Source: Paraspadella gotoi (Eukaryota > Animalia > Chaetognatha). From it: DNA of 64,000 bases. Both the position numbers and the translations under genes were made by a program. The notes below the pieces were generated by a model. The model worked only from the letters and a program-made list of their open reading frames with translations, was not told where the DNA came from and made no database searches. The DNA lies in assembly GCA_051294375.1 (NCBI GenBank), contig CM119270.1, forward strand, positions 12,275,676 to 12,339,675, in the 5' to 3' direction. Every line of letters begins with the position of its first letter. Position 1 is the first letter of the stretch. Of the stretch, positions 1-14,337 are shown in pieces.

Positions 1-3000
1 GATCCTTACAAAATGTAATTAAAAGAATTAAAGAGTCAAGTAATCCTTTATTCCTTTGTGTTTATCAACATTCTCTTGACGCTTAGATACAACTGTTTTA
101 TGCAAGTCAAAATTGTTCCCATTGTTGTAATCTTACTTCTCTCTTCTCCTCTTCTTTGCACTCTCTCGCTGTCTCACAATTTTCCCTCTTCTCCCTCTCC
201 CTGCTGTCGACCTCCAATTTTCTGGCGGATATCTTGCGCTCTGCTACAAAATCTGGCGCAACGTGATAAGGCGACGGACTACGACGACGACGACGAAGGA
301 GAGATAGAAGACGAAGAAGAAAAACGAAGGTCGCCTCGAAATGCCAACCCAAAATGGAATCAATGAAGCTCTTCATCATTTTCCTCTTCTTCATCATCAA
401 TCTTCATTTGAATTAAATGTGTTTTTCTACTTAGCTATTATACTTTATTTTTTTGTCACGTGTCTATATTCTGCGAGATGAGATGAGAAGAGAGAGAGAG
501 AGAGAGATACTAGAGACGAGACTTGACGAGAGATAGAGAGAGAGAGGAGAGACGATCGAGGAAAGAGACAGAGAGAGAGAGAGCGGAAGGCAGATATCTC
601 GCGCGAAGAAAATGGCAGACAGTGAGTGAACCCTGGAATATTTTTTCGCAGAGAAATTTTTTGATAGTGGCAGGAATCAAGCAAATAAGGAAATGAATGG
701 AGAGTCTGAAGGCGGAAAGGGAAGTGAGAGGACCAAAAGTGGACGAGGACAGAGACAAAGGGAAAAAAAACGGGCATGTCAGATGAATTGTAAATATATA
801 TGAAAATACATATGAAAGATAGTATGAAAGACTCGACCAAATAGAATGTAAAAAACAATTGAACAAGAGCGTTAAAACAAGACTAGGCGGAATTTCAAAT
901 AGAACAGAGGAGTTGTTATAAAACATTCTTTAGAAACGGATACGAAGGAGGGAACAATTCAAAGGTGGCGTAGAGAGGTGAGAGTGAAGAGGAGAACGAG
1001 GAGGAAGACGCAAATTCCAGGTTTCCGACTCGCGGTTCTTGTGTTTGCGCCACTGGTTTTTCATTTGAAGGAGAGGAAGTGGGGAGGAAAAGGGGGGAAT
1101 ATTGGGTGGATAGAGATGGGAGCATGGTGGGCAAGAAGAGGATTAGAAGATGAAGTGGTAGAGGAAAAGTGGGGAATGAAAAGACGGAAAGAGAAGGGGA
1201 AGAGGAAAAGGAGAATTCGAGGGAGGGAGAAAATTGAAAAGTACAAGTGTTGGGTGTAATGAGTTTTTACCAGTTAGTAATTAGTGTTAGCTTAAGTTAT
1301 TTACGTTTTTAAATTGAGAGCCAATGGATTGGAAAACTGCGGCTGACGGTTAATTAGTTTCGGACCTCGTGGAAAAAAAAAGTAATAATAAAAATTTTGA
1401 AAAAAACTGCAAATAAATTACAAATATGGTGTTAAAATTTGAAAAAGAATTAAATGCATAGAAATACTATCAGAATGATGAGTTACAACAAGAAAGAAAT
1501 TAACGAGTAGATTAAAAAATCAATATTAAATATATGTAAACGTTTTTAGTCATGTTTTCCAAGGTTTATTCGACCGCAAAGAATTCTGTTCCAACCTGCC
1601 ATCTCTGAGTTCCATCGCTAAAACAAATAATAAAAACTTTTTTTTCTTCTTCTAATCTTTAAAAAAGTTAAAAAACCAACAAAACATAAACGAGAGTCGG
1701 GAGGAAATTATTGAGAATCCATTAAAACAAAAAAGTCGGTGGCGAGGGGGACGTGAGTCTGGTTGTCAGGGATCGAGGCAGAGTGAAAGTGATGGGGGAA
1801 AGACCGGTGAATATGATGGCGGATGGAGGAAAGTGATGGAGAGAAAAGTTCTTTGGAGGAAGATGGAACGACTCGAAGGACTGGGTGGGAACGAGAAAGA
1901 GTGAAAAAGGAAGAGAGGTTTGGGAAGAAAAGAGAGGAGGTTGGGGAAAGCGGAGAAGATTAGAAAGAGGAAAAGTGGGAGTAGAGGGCGACAACGAGAG
2001 CGAACGAAAGAGAAAAAAATGAGAAAAAGAAAAAACGGGAAGAGTGTGAAAAAGAGGTTGGGGGGGAGTTTCCTATTCTTGGCGATGTATATCGTCTTCC
2101 CATTTGTTGATGCGTTGCGCTTCTGAGTTTTATTGTATGACCTTCTGAAGACAAAAGCAATTTATCATTCTTGCAGTCTCTCGCCTCCTTCGTCTGTCGT
2201 CTTCGGGCCTCTTCACCGAAAGAGGAGGAGGGGAGGATGAGAGGAACGGCAGGAGGACTGACAGAACGATGGCGTTGGAACCAGAGAACCTTTGTCTTTT
2301 CTGTTTTTAAAGTTTAAATGTTTTAAAAAAAAGTAAATGCCGAAAAAATTGTCTTCTCGTACGTGCTTACGTTTTCCCCAAAACACTAGTTTTCTGTTCT
2401 CTGTTTATCGATTACTTATCCTAATATCTGCAACAGAAACCACACTTAATTGCTTTTCAGTGTTTCACGTCACAGTTTCCATGACTCAAAATCTTAAGCC
2501 ATATCTCAAAAAGTTTGTGCCATTTCTCAAAATTACGTTCAATTTACTTGAAGGCTCGGGCAACGCTTGTCTCAATTATTTTTGTATATAATATATATTT
2601 TATAATATATTATGTCACTACACAATGTAAAACTCGATCGTTTCTACAGATAATTTTACTTTGTCTGGTTGTTGGGTTGATGGATATATTATGCTGTTGT
2701 TGCGTTTGCCTGCAGGGAGGGTTGCTAAGATATCGCTGCGCCGCGTGGGGGCGTTTGTAGGCGGGGATTTCGTGTGGGCGGGGGTAAAGGGTGGGAAAAA
2801 AGCTTCGCAATGGGCTGAAGCTTTTACGCAGGCGATTTCCCTAGTGATTGATTATAAGGAGGATTACAGGCCAAAGGGCCGCGACGACGATCGACGACGC
2901 AAGAACGAGCGATAAGACGTGTCAAGAAGAAGAGGAAGCAAGAAGAAGACAAGAGAAGGAAACACGCCTTGGTAGTCGGGAGAATGCGATCCTTCGCGAT

Positions 3001-3060
3001 GAACGGAATGCAAATAACCCGCTCTGCCCCCCTCTCTCCCGTCTCTTTTGACAGCGTCTC

Positions 3061-3103
<43 letters not shown>

Positions 3104-3566
3104 TCTCTCCCTCTCTCTCTCTCCTGTCGTCTCTCCTCTCTCTCTAATTCAGCAGACGCCCTTTTCGCCTTCACACCATACTTTTCGCAGTTACTGTCTC
3201 TACTCTTCTCTTACTTTGTACTATCCTTGATAGGTAAACCAAAAATTCTTTATTTCCAGTTCTTTCACAAACCCATCTTTTTCTCTTCCAAAAAAAAAAA
3301 ATTTTTTCTTCGTTCACAGCTTGTCCCTTTAGGCCCAACCACTTCTTCTACCCTTCCCCACCTCATTCTCTGTCTGCCTCCCTACTTCCCATCTCCACTT
3401 TAAGGATTCCATCGGTATTCGTGCACGCCTGAGCTGAATTCAAAACGAGGCTTGAGCAGAAAAAAAAGGGAGAATGAAAGGGAAGGGAGAATTTGTGTCA
3501 GGTGTAGATGAGAGAGAGAGAGATGAAGAGAGACGAGAGAGAGAGATGCAGAGAGACGTGGACGAT

Positions 3567-3597
<31 letters not shown>

Positions 3598-5582
3598 GAA
3601 AGGAAATCCCGAAGATGGCGCATGAGAGAGAATGGCCGGGAGTTGGCGCTAGATTAAACTTGAATTTGGCTTGTTGGAAAAACGAATATCGCAGAGTAGA
3701 GAACTTGTTTTTTTTGTTTTTTTTTTCGAAAGCGATGAGTGGTAGTGATTCTTTAAACTCGAATTTCCAAAATACTGTAGAACTCAAATCGAAAAGACAT
3801 ACGAATATTTATGTAGTATAAAAGTAAAGTACATAAATTAATTGCGACAATGGAACTAACTTCAGGTTGACATTATCTTTTTTTTCGCCACAGAGCTTCA
3901 CCTGTTTCATTGCCATTTCCAGTGAAATGGCTTCACCCCATCTTTCCTTCATGCGCCAAACCCATCCGCCCATCCACCCAACATCCCATTCCTAATTCTT
4001 TTTAAAAAACCCCCCCTCTACCCTATCCCTTTCCCCTCGGGTTCGGCCTCCCTTGTTCTTTCCCTTTCATGTCGTAATCAATCACTCCAAATGGATTCGC
4101 TCTAATCCTTCCGTCGCGCATCGCCGGGCGGAAGGAGGAGAAAGCGAAATGAGACGCGATTGGGAAATGAGGAGTGGGGAGCCCGGGAATGGGGGGTGGG
4201 TAGTGGAAATTCGAGGTGGTTGTGACATAGGTGGATATTGTGGGACAAGTGGTCTTGAAGAATTCCTCGTGAGAAGTGGTGATGACTAGGAATTGAGGAA
4301 AAAAGAGAAAATGTGATATGTAGGAATGAAAAAAAATTTCGGGTTTCGCTGTTATATTGTAAATTGTTAAATTTTACAACACTCAAGCCCTTAAAAGTTT
4401 TTTTTATTTTGTAAATTAACTAGAGCAATATAGCTGTGATAATAAATATTTAATTTCAATTGAGAAAATGGGGAAAAAGATAAGATAAAGAGATTGAAGT
4501 TAAGAAGAACTAGTAGCTGCGACAGTAAGGTTAGATTAATTTAAAGGAAAAAAGTTCAGTTGTGGAGGCCAAAAGGAAATAGAATAGAAAACCGATACTT
4601 GAAATCGACTTATTAAAGGAAGCCAGATTCTCTTTCTGGCCACGAAGTTTTCATTTTCTCTCCCTCTACTCTTTTGCAGTCGCGATCGTGCTTATCCCAG
4701 ATTCCGACTCTATAATTCACTTTGTCGGTCCGTCTCGTGTCCCACCCGAAAGCTTTTATCATAAATCATAAATCATAAAACATTTGTTATTCATATCCAG
4801 AATAATCGAATTATGGAATAAGATTATGCCAAATTATGTCCGTCCGTCTGGTCTGTCTGTCTGAGTGTCCCCGCCCTCCTTAGCAAAAACCTTCAATTTA
4901 CTCATGATTGGATGGTTGGATTTGAACAACAAATTTTGTTTGTGATTAAAAAAGTGTGTGATGAGCTGGATATAAAATTTCAATGAATCGCGCAAGTGAA
5001 ATGAGTGTAAGATGAAAAAAAATATAAAGTCACATTTACTTGAATTTTCTTATACTAATTTTAACCATAATTACTCGACAATTAATCATTTATTGCAATG
5101 GATAGAATTTGAGATAAAATTGTGTGTTTGTAGCAAAGTGTCGTATTGAGCAGGATATAAAGTTCCGACGGTAATCGAGGAGTGGAAATAAGTTTTCATG
5201 GAAAGTTGGACTTGAATTTTTATCATTTATTTTCATTCATAAATAATTTAAATAATTAATTATTATTAATGGGAAAGTTGAAAAAATGATGCAAGTGAAA
5301 AAAATTGATGGACAGTTGAAAAATGATTAAAGTTGAAAAAAAATGATGCAAGTTAAAAAAAGATGCAAGTGAATAAAAATGACGCCAAGTTTAAAAAAAT
5401 AATAGTTAAAAAAATTATTTCGTTTGTCATCCATATAACCAGTTCCGTTAAATCACCTTGAAGCGATTTACATGTAGCTAATTTCCGCTTAATTATCGTA
5501 GGGCCAGGGATTCCCCCCGGGGAAACATTGTTTTGCTCAAACTTGTTTTTCCCAACCTCTCACTTACCTCTCTCTACCTCTT

Positions 5583-5639
<57 letters not shown>

Positions 5640-6958
5640 CGTACAGCACCGCTATGAAAGCGGAGAAAAGAGGAAGCCAACCGTTCCATCGTATTATCTA
5701 GAGGTGTTGACCGGTACGGGGCCAGAATGATTTTATTTGGCATCGGAAACTCCTAGCTACGATACGTATTAAGGAAGCCATTGAAGTTTAAAAGCGAAGG
5801 CAGGAACAGTAATACTTTCTGTGCATCCGTTCTTTGAGAGAAGATTTAATCGACGATGTTATAGGATTGAAGTTCTTCTATCATTTAATGTTAATTGTTT
5901 AGAGGCAAAATGGTTTGAATTCTACAATGAATTTTTTATTTTCATCTAAAAACGTAAAATGTCTTCGCTTTGGATGCAAGCCCATTTCTTCAGCATAATG
6001 AAAGGCTGTTTAATGTTACAATATTTAAACTGTACTTGCCAAAAGCAATTGGTTGATCCTTTATTCCACCATAGTATCATGTTCTTGCTTTTTAGTTTGA
6101 TATGTGCGATCATTAGTTCTCCCATAAACGTTGATTTGGACACTTTCCTAAGGTATAATATAATTCTAATAATAAAAATTGGTTTTAATAAAAAAGAATG
6201 CATATGTTCTCACATCTTCACAGTTCACACTTGTAAGCCAGCGAATATTGTTCAGTTAGGACTTTTCTCTTTCTTTACTTCTCCAGGCCACCTCTACTAA
6301 GTAACTTAACCAATAAGTCATGTGTGTCCTAATTTTTTCATTATTAGCTGATGTTTTTTTGGTTTTCAAGATTTTTTTGAACTTTTTTCACGTCATTTTA
6401 ACGGTTTAACTTTTAATTCAATCCAACAATTTCCAACAATAATAAAACAATTTCATCTTTTCCCACTCGCGGCTACCACGAATCAGATACCACCGTCAAA
6501 CCCCTTAGCCTTAACATATACCTGTCGACGCTATCGACGTTCGCCGTTGCTGCCGACTGTTCGCTTGCCGACTGTTCGCTGCTGCCCGACGTTCGCACTG
6601 TCCAGATCCCATGTTCGCTTCCGACGCTACCCTAATTCAATACTCACCGACTCCTGGTTTCATCGGCCGAACCTAAATCCTCCCTTCCTTCCTACGTTGA
6701 AGTACTTCCGGTCAGTATGCACCTCCGCTCGTCACTTTGTCTGTCGGTCGAATGCAAGAGACACCGAGGTGGCACGGAGGCCGGATGTGAGCGCAGAAGG
6801 CAGGGAGAGGCGCGGCCGCCGTGCGACACCATCGGCGAGCGTAGCGGGTTGGCACCCAAGTTGGCGGCCAAAAGGAGTCCCAAACTTTGGTCACAAAGCC
6901 ATTGCGGGCCAAGTCAGATGCCATCTCTCTCTCTCTTCTCTCTTCTCTCTCTTCTCTC
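1..6958. repeat. Left arm of a ~7-kb inverted duplication (probably an assembly/raw-read artefact; may extend beyond the window start)
   Basis: 1-60 is the reverse complement of ~14740-14795. Colinear similarity runs to the CT tract at ~6925-6958, which matches 8054-8160. This arm carries many single-base insertions relative to the right arm and ends at a 25-N gap (6959-6983). Confidence 0.95.
4783..5470 (+). mobile_element. DINE-1/HINE-like non-autonomous element (second copy at ~9569-10232, minus strand)
   Basis: In order: a 5' palindrome (TTTATCATAT...ATATGATAAA in the right-arm copy), a (GTCC)n(GTCT)n microsatellite at ~4838-4863, two ~180-bp internal repeats (AAAGTGTGTGATTGAGC[T/A]GGATATAAA...GTGGAAAT[G/A]AGT), an ~18-bp AAAAAATGATGCAAGTTG array at ~5275-5395, and an imperfect 3' hairpin AAATC...GATTT at ~5451-5469. 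A 3' subTIR was not clearly seen. Confidence 0.5.
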
Positions 6959-8065
6959 NNNNNNNNNNNNNNNNNNNNNNNNNGGAGGAGGAGGAGGAAG
7001 GGGACTCGACCGATGCAATGGTAGATTCTGTGTTATCAGGTGCAACCATCGCCATCTTTTGTTCTCTTTCTCTGCCTTGCCGCATTTTTAGTGTGGGGTT
7101 TTTTTGTACATAATACAATCGGTGTATGCATGGTGCCGCAGCCTGTTACTTCTTGTGTGAGGAGGTTCGTTTTTTTTTTTGCTGTCCCTGTGTGGTTTGT
7201 GTAGAGGAGAAAGAATAAGAGAAAAACGAAGAAAAGAGAGAGAGAGAGAGAGAGAGAGAGGAAGAGAGAGAAAGAGAGAGGAGAGAGAGAGAGGAGAGAG
7301 GGACTGGAAGAGCAGAGAGAGAGAGAGAGACGAGAGAGAGAGACGGAGAGAGAGAGAAGAAAATAGAGAGAAGAGAGAGACCTGAAAAGAAAAAAAAATA
7401 TAGCTCGAATAATAAAAAAAATAGATGAAAAGTGCGATAAAAAGACGGAATAATAATACGAATCAAGATATAAGGAAAGGGGAGAAAGAGGGCGATGAAA
7501 TTTGATGACGATAAACTTTAAAAAATATTAATTTCAATTCGAAAGGATAATTTTAAATTTAAGTAAACTTGGGGAATGTTGAAATAATTGAACATTAATG
7601 AACGTAACATAAGGGAAAGCTATAGACAAAGATGCGTAAAGATTTTCAAGAACAAGTACTGGTTGACATTTGCAAAACAGAAAAACTTAATTATTGATTA
7701 ATAATTATTCAAATCGTGCTAGATATTTTTAAAACCGGCCGATCTAAAAAACAAAACCATCTCGTTAGTTTATTTTCGTTGTAAAGAAAAGGTCTTTGCT
7801 AGTAAATACAATAACTATTTAATAGAAAGAAGAAAGAACAACTATTGTAGTGCAATAAACCGAATTCTGATAAAGTAATAAACCCCTCTTTCACACCCAA
7901 CCCCCCCCCTCTTCCGTGGAAAGAAGACGGGTCTTCGTCGAGTCGCCATCGCGCTCATGGCATGAAACCCACAAATGGCCCTCTTTCAATCATTCCATTC
8001 TTCTGCGTCTTTTCGAGTTAATTCATAGTCCATGAGCTTTGAATAACCGTAACGAGAGAGAAGAG

Positions 8066-8155
<90 letters not shown>

Positions 8156-8450
8156 TAGGGCCAATCTGACTTGGCCCGCAATGGCTTTGGTGACCAAAGT
8201 TTGGACCCTTTGGCCGCCACTTGGGTGCCAACCCGGCTACGCTCAGCCGAGGGTCGCAACGGCGGCCCGCCTCCCCTGCCTTCTGCCTCACTCCGGCCTC
8301 CGTGCCACCTCGGTCGTCTCTTCGCTTCGTCCGACAACAATGACGAGCGGAGTGCATACGACGAAGACTCAACGTAGGAGGAAGGGAGGATTAGGTTCCG
8401 GCGATGACCAGAGTCGGTGAATATGAATAGGAGCGTCGGAAGCGAACATC

Positions 8451-8515
8451 GCAGCGAACGTCGGCAGCGAACGTCGGCAGCGAACGTCGGCAGCGAACGT
8501 CGGCAGCGAACGTCG
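8451..8515 (+). repeat. 13-bp tandem repeat (GCAGCGAACGTCG)x5; noisy mirror copy at ~6535-6625
   Basis: Five consecutive perfect units, read directly from the sequence. Confidence 0.9.
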
Positions 8516-9023
8516 ATAGCGCGTCGACAGGTAATGTAAGGCTAAGGGGTTGACGGTGTGTATCGATTCGTGGTATCCGCGAGTGGGAAAAGATGAAATT
8601 TTTTATTATTGTTGGAAATTGTTGGATTGATTAAAAGTTAAACCGTTAAAATACGTGAAAAAGTTCAAAAAATACTTGAAAACCAAAAAAACATCAGCTA
8701 ATAATGAAAACATTAGGACACACATGAGCTTATTGGTAAGTACTAGGTAGAGGTGGGCCTGGAGAAGTAAGAAAGAGAAAAGTCCTAACTGAAGCAATAT
8801 CGCTGCTTACGAAGTGTGAACTGTGAAAGATGTGAGAACATATGCATTCTTTTTTATTAAAACCAATTTTATTAAGAATTATATATACCTTTAGGAAAGT
8901 TCCAAATCAACGTTTATGGGGAACATATCACATTCAAACTAAAAAGCAAGAACATGTGTACTATGGTGGAATAAAATCCACCAATCTTTTAAGTACATTA
9001 AATATTTAACATTAAACAGCCTC

Positions 9024-9070
9024 TTTAGCTGAAGAAGGCTTGCATCCAAAGCCGAAACATTTACGTTTTT
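9024..9070 (+). ncRNA. Minimal hammerhead-ribozyme-like motif (Penelope-type); mirror copy at ~5948-5995, minus strand
   Basis: CTGAAGA (9029-9035), stem II GGCT/AGCC, then GAAAC-ATTTAC-GTT, followed by AATAAA. Stem I is not convincingly formed and both copies are noisy. Confidence 0.35.
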
Positions 9071-9367
9071 CTATGAAAATAAAAAATTCATTGTAAATTC
9101 AAACCATTTTGCCTCTAAACATTAAACATTAAATATAGAAGAACTTCAATCCTACAACATCGTCGATTAAATCTTCTCTCAAAAACGGATGCACAGAAAG
9201 TAATTACTTTCCTGCTTCGCTTTTAAACTTCATGGCTTCCTTATACGTAATGTAGCTAAGGAGTTCCGATGCCATAAATCATTCTGCCACCGTCCGGTCA
9301 ACCTTCTAGATAATACGATGGCAACGTTGGCTTCCCTCTTTTCTCCCGCTTTCATACGTGCTGTACG

Positions 9368-9476
<109 letters not shown>

Positions 9477-11329
9477 GTAGAGAGAGGTAAGTGAGAGGTT
9501 GGGAAAACAAGTTTGAGCAAACAATGTCGGATCTGCCTACGATAATTAAGCGGAAATTAGCTACATGTAAATCGCTTCAAGGGATTAAACGGAACTGTTA
9601 CTATGATACAAACAAATAATTTTTTTAACTATTATTTTTTAAACTTGCGTCATTTTTTACACTTGCATCTTTTTTTTAACTTGCATCATTTTTTTCAACT
9701 TTAATCATTTTTCAACTTCCATCATTTTTTCAACTTGCATCATTTTTTCAACTTTCATTAATAATAATTAATTATTTAAATTATTTATGAATGAAAATAA
9801 ATGATAAAAATTCAAGTCAACTTTCCATGAAAACTTATTTCCACTCCTCGATTACCTCGGAACTTTATATCCTGCTCAATCACACACTTTCCTACAAACA
9901 CAAAATTTTATCTCATTCTATCCATTCAATAATGATTAATTCGAGTAATTATGGGTTAAAATTAGTATAAAAAAATTCAAGTAAATGTGACTTATATTTT
10001 TTTCAATTTAAACTCATTTCCACTTGCGCGATTCCATTGAAATTTTATATCCAGCTCAATCACACACTTTTTTAATCACAAACAAAATTTTATTCAAATC
10101 CAACCATCCAATCATGAGTAATTGGAGGTTTTTGCTAAGGGAGGGCGGACACTCAGACAGACAGACAGACGGACGGACATAATTTGCATAATTTATCATA
10201 ATTCGATATTCTGATATGATAAAAATGTTTTATGATTTATGATTTATGATAAAAAAGCTTTCGGGGTGGGACCGACGGACCGACAAAGTGAATTATAGAG
10301 TCGGAATCTGGTGATAAGCAGATCCGACTCAAAAGAGAGAGGGAGAGAAAATGAAAACTTCGTGGCCAGAAAGAGAATCTGCTTCCTTTATAAGTCGATT
10401 TCAGTATCGGTTTTCTATTCTATTTCCTTTGGCCTCCACAACTGAACTTTTTCCTTTAAATTAATCTAACCTTCTTGTCGCACTACCTTAGTTCTTCTTA
10501 ACTTCATCTCTTTATCTTATCCTTTTTTCCCCCATTTTCTCAATTGAAATTAAATATTTATATCACACTATATTGCTCTAGTTAATTTAAAAATAAAAAA
10601 ACTTCTTAGGCTTGTGTTTGTAAAATTTAACAAGTTACAATATAAAGCGACCGAAATTTTTTTTCATTCCTCAATATCACATTTCTCTTTTTCTCAATTC
10701 CTAGTCATCACCACTTCTCAAGACCACCTTGTCCACAATATCCACCTATCACAACCACCCCGATTTCCACTACCACCCCCCCCATTCCCGGGCTCACCAC
10801 TCCTCATTTCCATCGCTCTCATTTCGCTTTCCCTCCTTCGCCCGCGATGCGACGGAAGGATTAGAGCGAATCACATTTGGAGTGATTGATTACATGAAAG
10901 GGAAAGAACAAGGGAAGGCCGAACCCCGAGGGGGAAAGGGATAGGGGGTAGAGGGGGGGGTTAAAAAGAATTAGGATGGGATGTTGGGTGGATGGGCGGA
11001 TGGGTTTGCGACATGAAGGAAAGATGGGGTGAGCCATTTCATGGAAATGACAATGAAACAGGTGAAGCTCTGTGCGAAAAAAAAGATAATTCAACCTGAC
11101 GTTAGTTCCATTGTCGCAATTATTTATGTATTTACTTTTATACTACATAAATATCGGTATGTCTTTTCATTTGAGTTCTACAGTATTTTGAAAATTCGAG
11201 TTTAAAGAATCAACTACACTCATAGCTTTCGAAAAAAAACAAAAAAAACAAGTTCTCTACTCTGCGATATTCTCGTTTTCAAAGCACGCCAACTCCCCGG
11301 CCATTCTCTCTCATGCGCCATCTTCGGGA

Positions 11330-11456
<127 letters not shown>

Positions 11457-11815
11457 TGACACCAAATTTTCTCCCTTCCCTTTCATTCTCCTTTTTTTTT
11501 CTCTCAGCCTCGTTTTGAATTCAGCTCAGCGTCGCACGAATACCGATGGAATCCTTAAGTGGGATGGGAGTAGGGAGCAGACAGAGAATGAGGGGGGAAG
11601 GTAGAAGAAGGTGGTTGGGCTAAAGGGACTAAGCTGTGAACGAGAAAAAATTTTTTTTTTTTGGAACGAGAAAAAGATGGTTTGTGAAGAGACTGGAATA
11701 AAGAATTTTGGTTTACTATCAAGGATAGTACAAAGCTAAGAGAGAGTAGAGACAGTAAACTGCGAAATATGGTGTGAAGGCGAAAGAGGGCGTTGCTGAA
11801 TTAGAGAGAGAGAGA

Positions 11816-11874
<59 letters not shown>

Positions 11875-14217
11875 GAGAGAGAGAGAGAGAGAGGAGAGCT
11901 GTCAAAAGAGACGGAGAGAGGGGGGCAGAGCGGGTTATTTGCATTCCGTTCATCCGCGAAGGAATCCATTCTCCCCGACTACATGTTTCTCTTCTCTTTC
12001 TTCTTCTTCTTCCTCTTCTTCTTCACCGTCATCTTCGTCTTCGTCGTCGTCGTCGCGGCCCCTCTTCGGCTGTAATCCCTCCTATAATCAATCATAGGGA
12101 ATCGCCTGCGTAAAGCTTCACCCTGCGAAGCTTTTCCCCCCTTTACCCCCGCCCAAACGAAATCCCGCCACAAACGCCCCCACGCGGGCGCAGCGATATC
12201 TTAGCACCCTCCTGCAGCAAACGCACAACAGCATAATATATCCATCAACCCAACAACCACAGTAAAATTATCTGTAGAACATCGAGTTTTACAATTGTGT
12301 AGTGCAAATATATTATAAAATATATATATATTACAAAATAATTGAGCAAGCGTTGCCAGCCTTTCAAGTAATTGAACCGTAATTTTTGAGAAATGGCACA
12401 AACTTTTTGAGATATGGCTTAAGATTTTGAGTCATGGAAACTGTGACGGAAACACTGAAAGCAATTAGTGTGGTTTCTGTTGCAGAATTAGGAATAAGTA
12501 ATACGATAAACAGAGAACAGATAACTAGTGTTTGGGGAAAACGTAAGCACGTACGGAAGACAATTTTCTTCGCATTTACTTTTTTTAAACATTTAAACAT
12601 TTAAAACAGAAAAGACAAAGGTTCTCTGGTTCCACCGCCATCGTCGTCGTCGTCGTCTTCATCCTCCTCCTCCTCTTTCGGTGAAGAGGCCCGAAGACGA
12701 AGACGAAGGAGCGAGAGACGCAGAATGATAAATTGCTTTTGTCTTCAGAAGGTCATACATAAAACTCAGAAGGCAAACCATCAACAAATGGGAAGACGAT
12801 ATCATCGCCAAAATAGGAAACCTCCCCCCCCCAACCTCTTTTCACTCTTCCCTTTTTCTTTTTCTCATTTTTTTTCTTTCGTTCGCTCTCGTTGTCGCCT
12901 TACTCCCACTTTTCCTCTTTCTATCTTCTCCCTTTCCCTCACCTCTCTCTTTTCTTCCCAACCTCTCTTCCTTTTTCACTCTTCTCGTTCCCACCCAGTC
13001 CTTCGAGTCGTTCCATCTTCCTCCAAAGGATTTTCTCTCCATCACTTTCTCCATCCCCATCATATTCACCGTCTTTCCCCATCACTTTCACTCTCCCTCA
13101 TCCTGACAACCAGACTCACGTCCCCCCTCCCCCGACTTTTTTGTTTTAAATGGATTCTCAATAATTTCCTCCGACTCTCGTTTATGTTTTGTGTTTTTAA
13201 CTTTTAAGATTTAGAGAAGAAAAAAAAAGTTTTTATTTTGTTTTAGCGATGGAACTCAGAGATGCAGTGGAACAGAATTCTGCGGTCGATAAACCTTGGA
13301 AAACATGACTAAAACGTTACATATATTTAATATTGATTTTTTAATCTACTCGTTAATTTCTTTCTTGTTGTACTCATCATCTGATAGTATTTCTATGCAT
13401 TTATCTTTTTCCAAATTTTAACACCATATTGTAATTTATTTGCAGTTTTTCAACTTTTTTATTACTTTTTTTTTCACGAGGTCACGAAACTATAACGTCA
13501 GCCGCAGTCATCATTGCTTTCATTTAAAACGTAAAACTCTAACTAACACTAATTACTAACTGGTTAAACTCATTACACCAAACCACTTGTACCTTTTCAA
13601 TTTTCTCCTCCCTCGAATTCTCTCTTTCCTCTTCCCCTTCTCTTTCCCTCTTTTCCATTCCCCCTTTTCTCTACCACTTCATCTTCTATCCTCTTCTTCC
13701 CCCACCTCCTCTCCTATCCACCCAATTCCCCCCTTTTCCTCCCCCACTTCCTCTCCTTCAAATGAAAAACCAGTGGCGCCACACAAAGAATCCGCGAGTC
13801 GGAAACTGGATTGCGTCTTCCTCTTCGGTTCTCCTCTTCATTCTCCTCCTCTACGCCACCTTTGAATTTTCCTCCTTCGTATCCTTTCATAAAATGTTTT
13901 ATAACAACCCCTCGTTTAATTTAATTCCGTAGTCTTTTTTAACGCTCTTGTTCAATTGTTTTTACATTCTATTTGTCGAGTCTTTCATACTATCTTTCAT
14001 AATATTTTCATATATATTTACATTCATTGACATGCCCAGTTTTCTTTTCCCTTCTGTCTCTGTCTCTCCACTTTTTCCTCCCTCCCTTTCCGCCTCCGAC
14101 TCTCCATTCATTTCCTTTTCTTGATCCTCCACTTCAAAAAATTTCTCTGCTGGAAAAAATATTCCAGGGTCACTCATTCTCCATTTTCTTCCGCGAGATA
14201 TCTGCTTCCGCTCTCTC

Positions 14218-14337
<120 letters not shown>

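Noticed and set aside
8451-8515. 13-bp repeats as a CRISPR array
   Set aside because: The units are contiguous without spacers and too short, the context is eukaryotic, and there are no cas genes.
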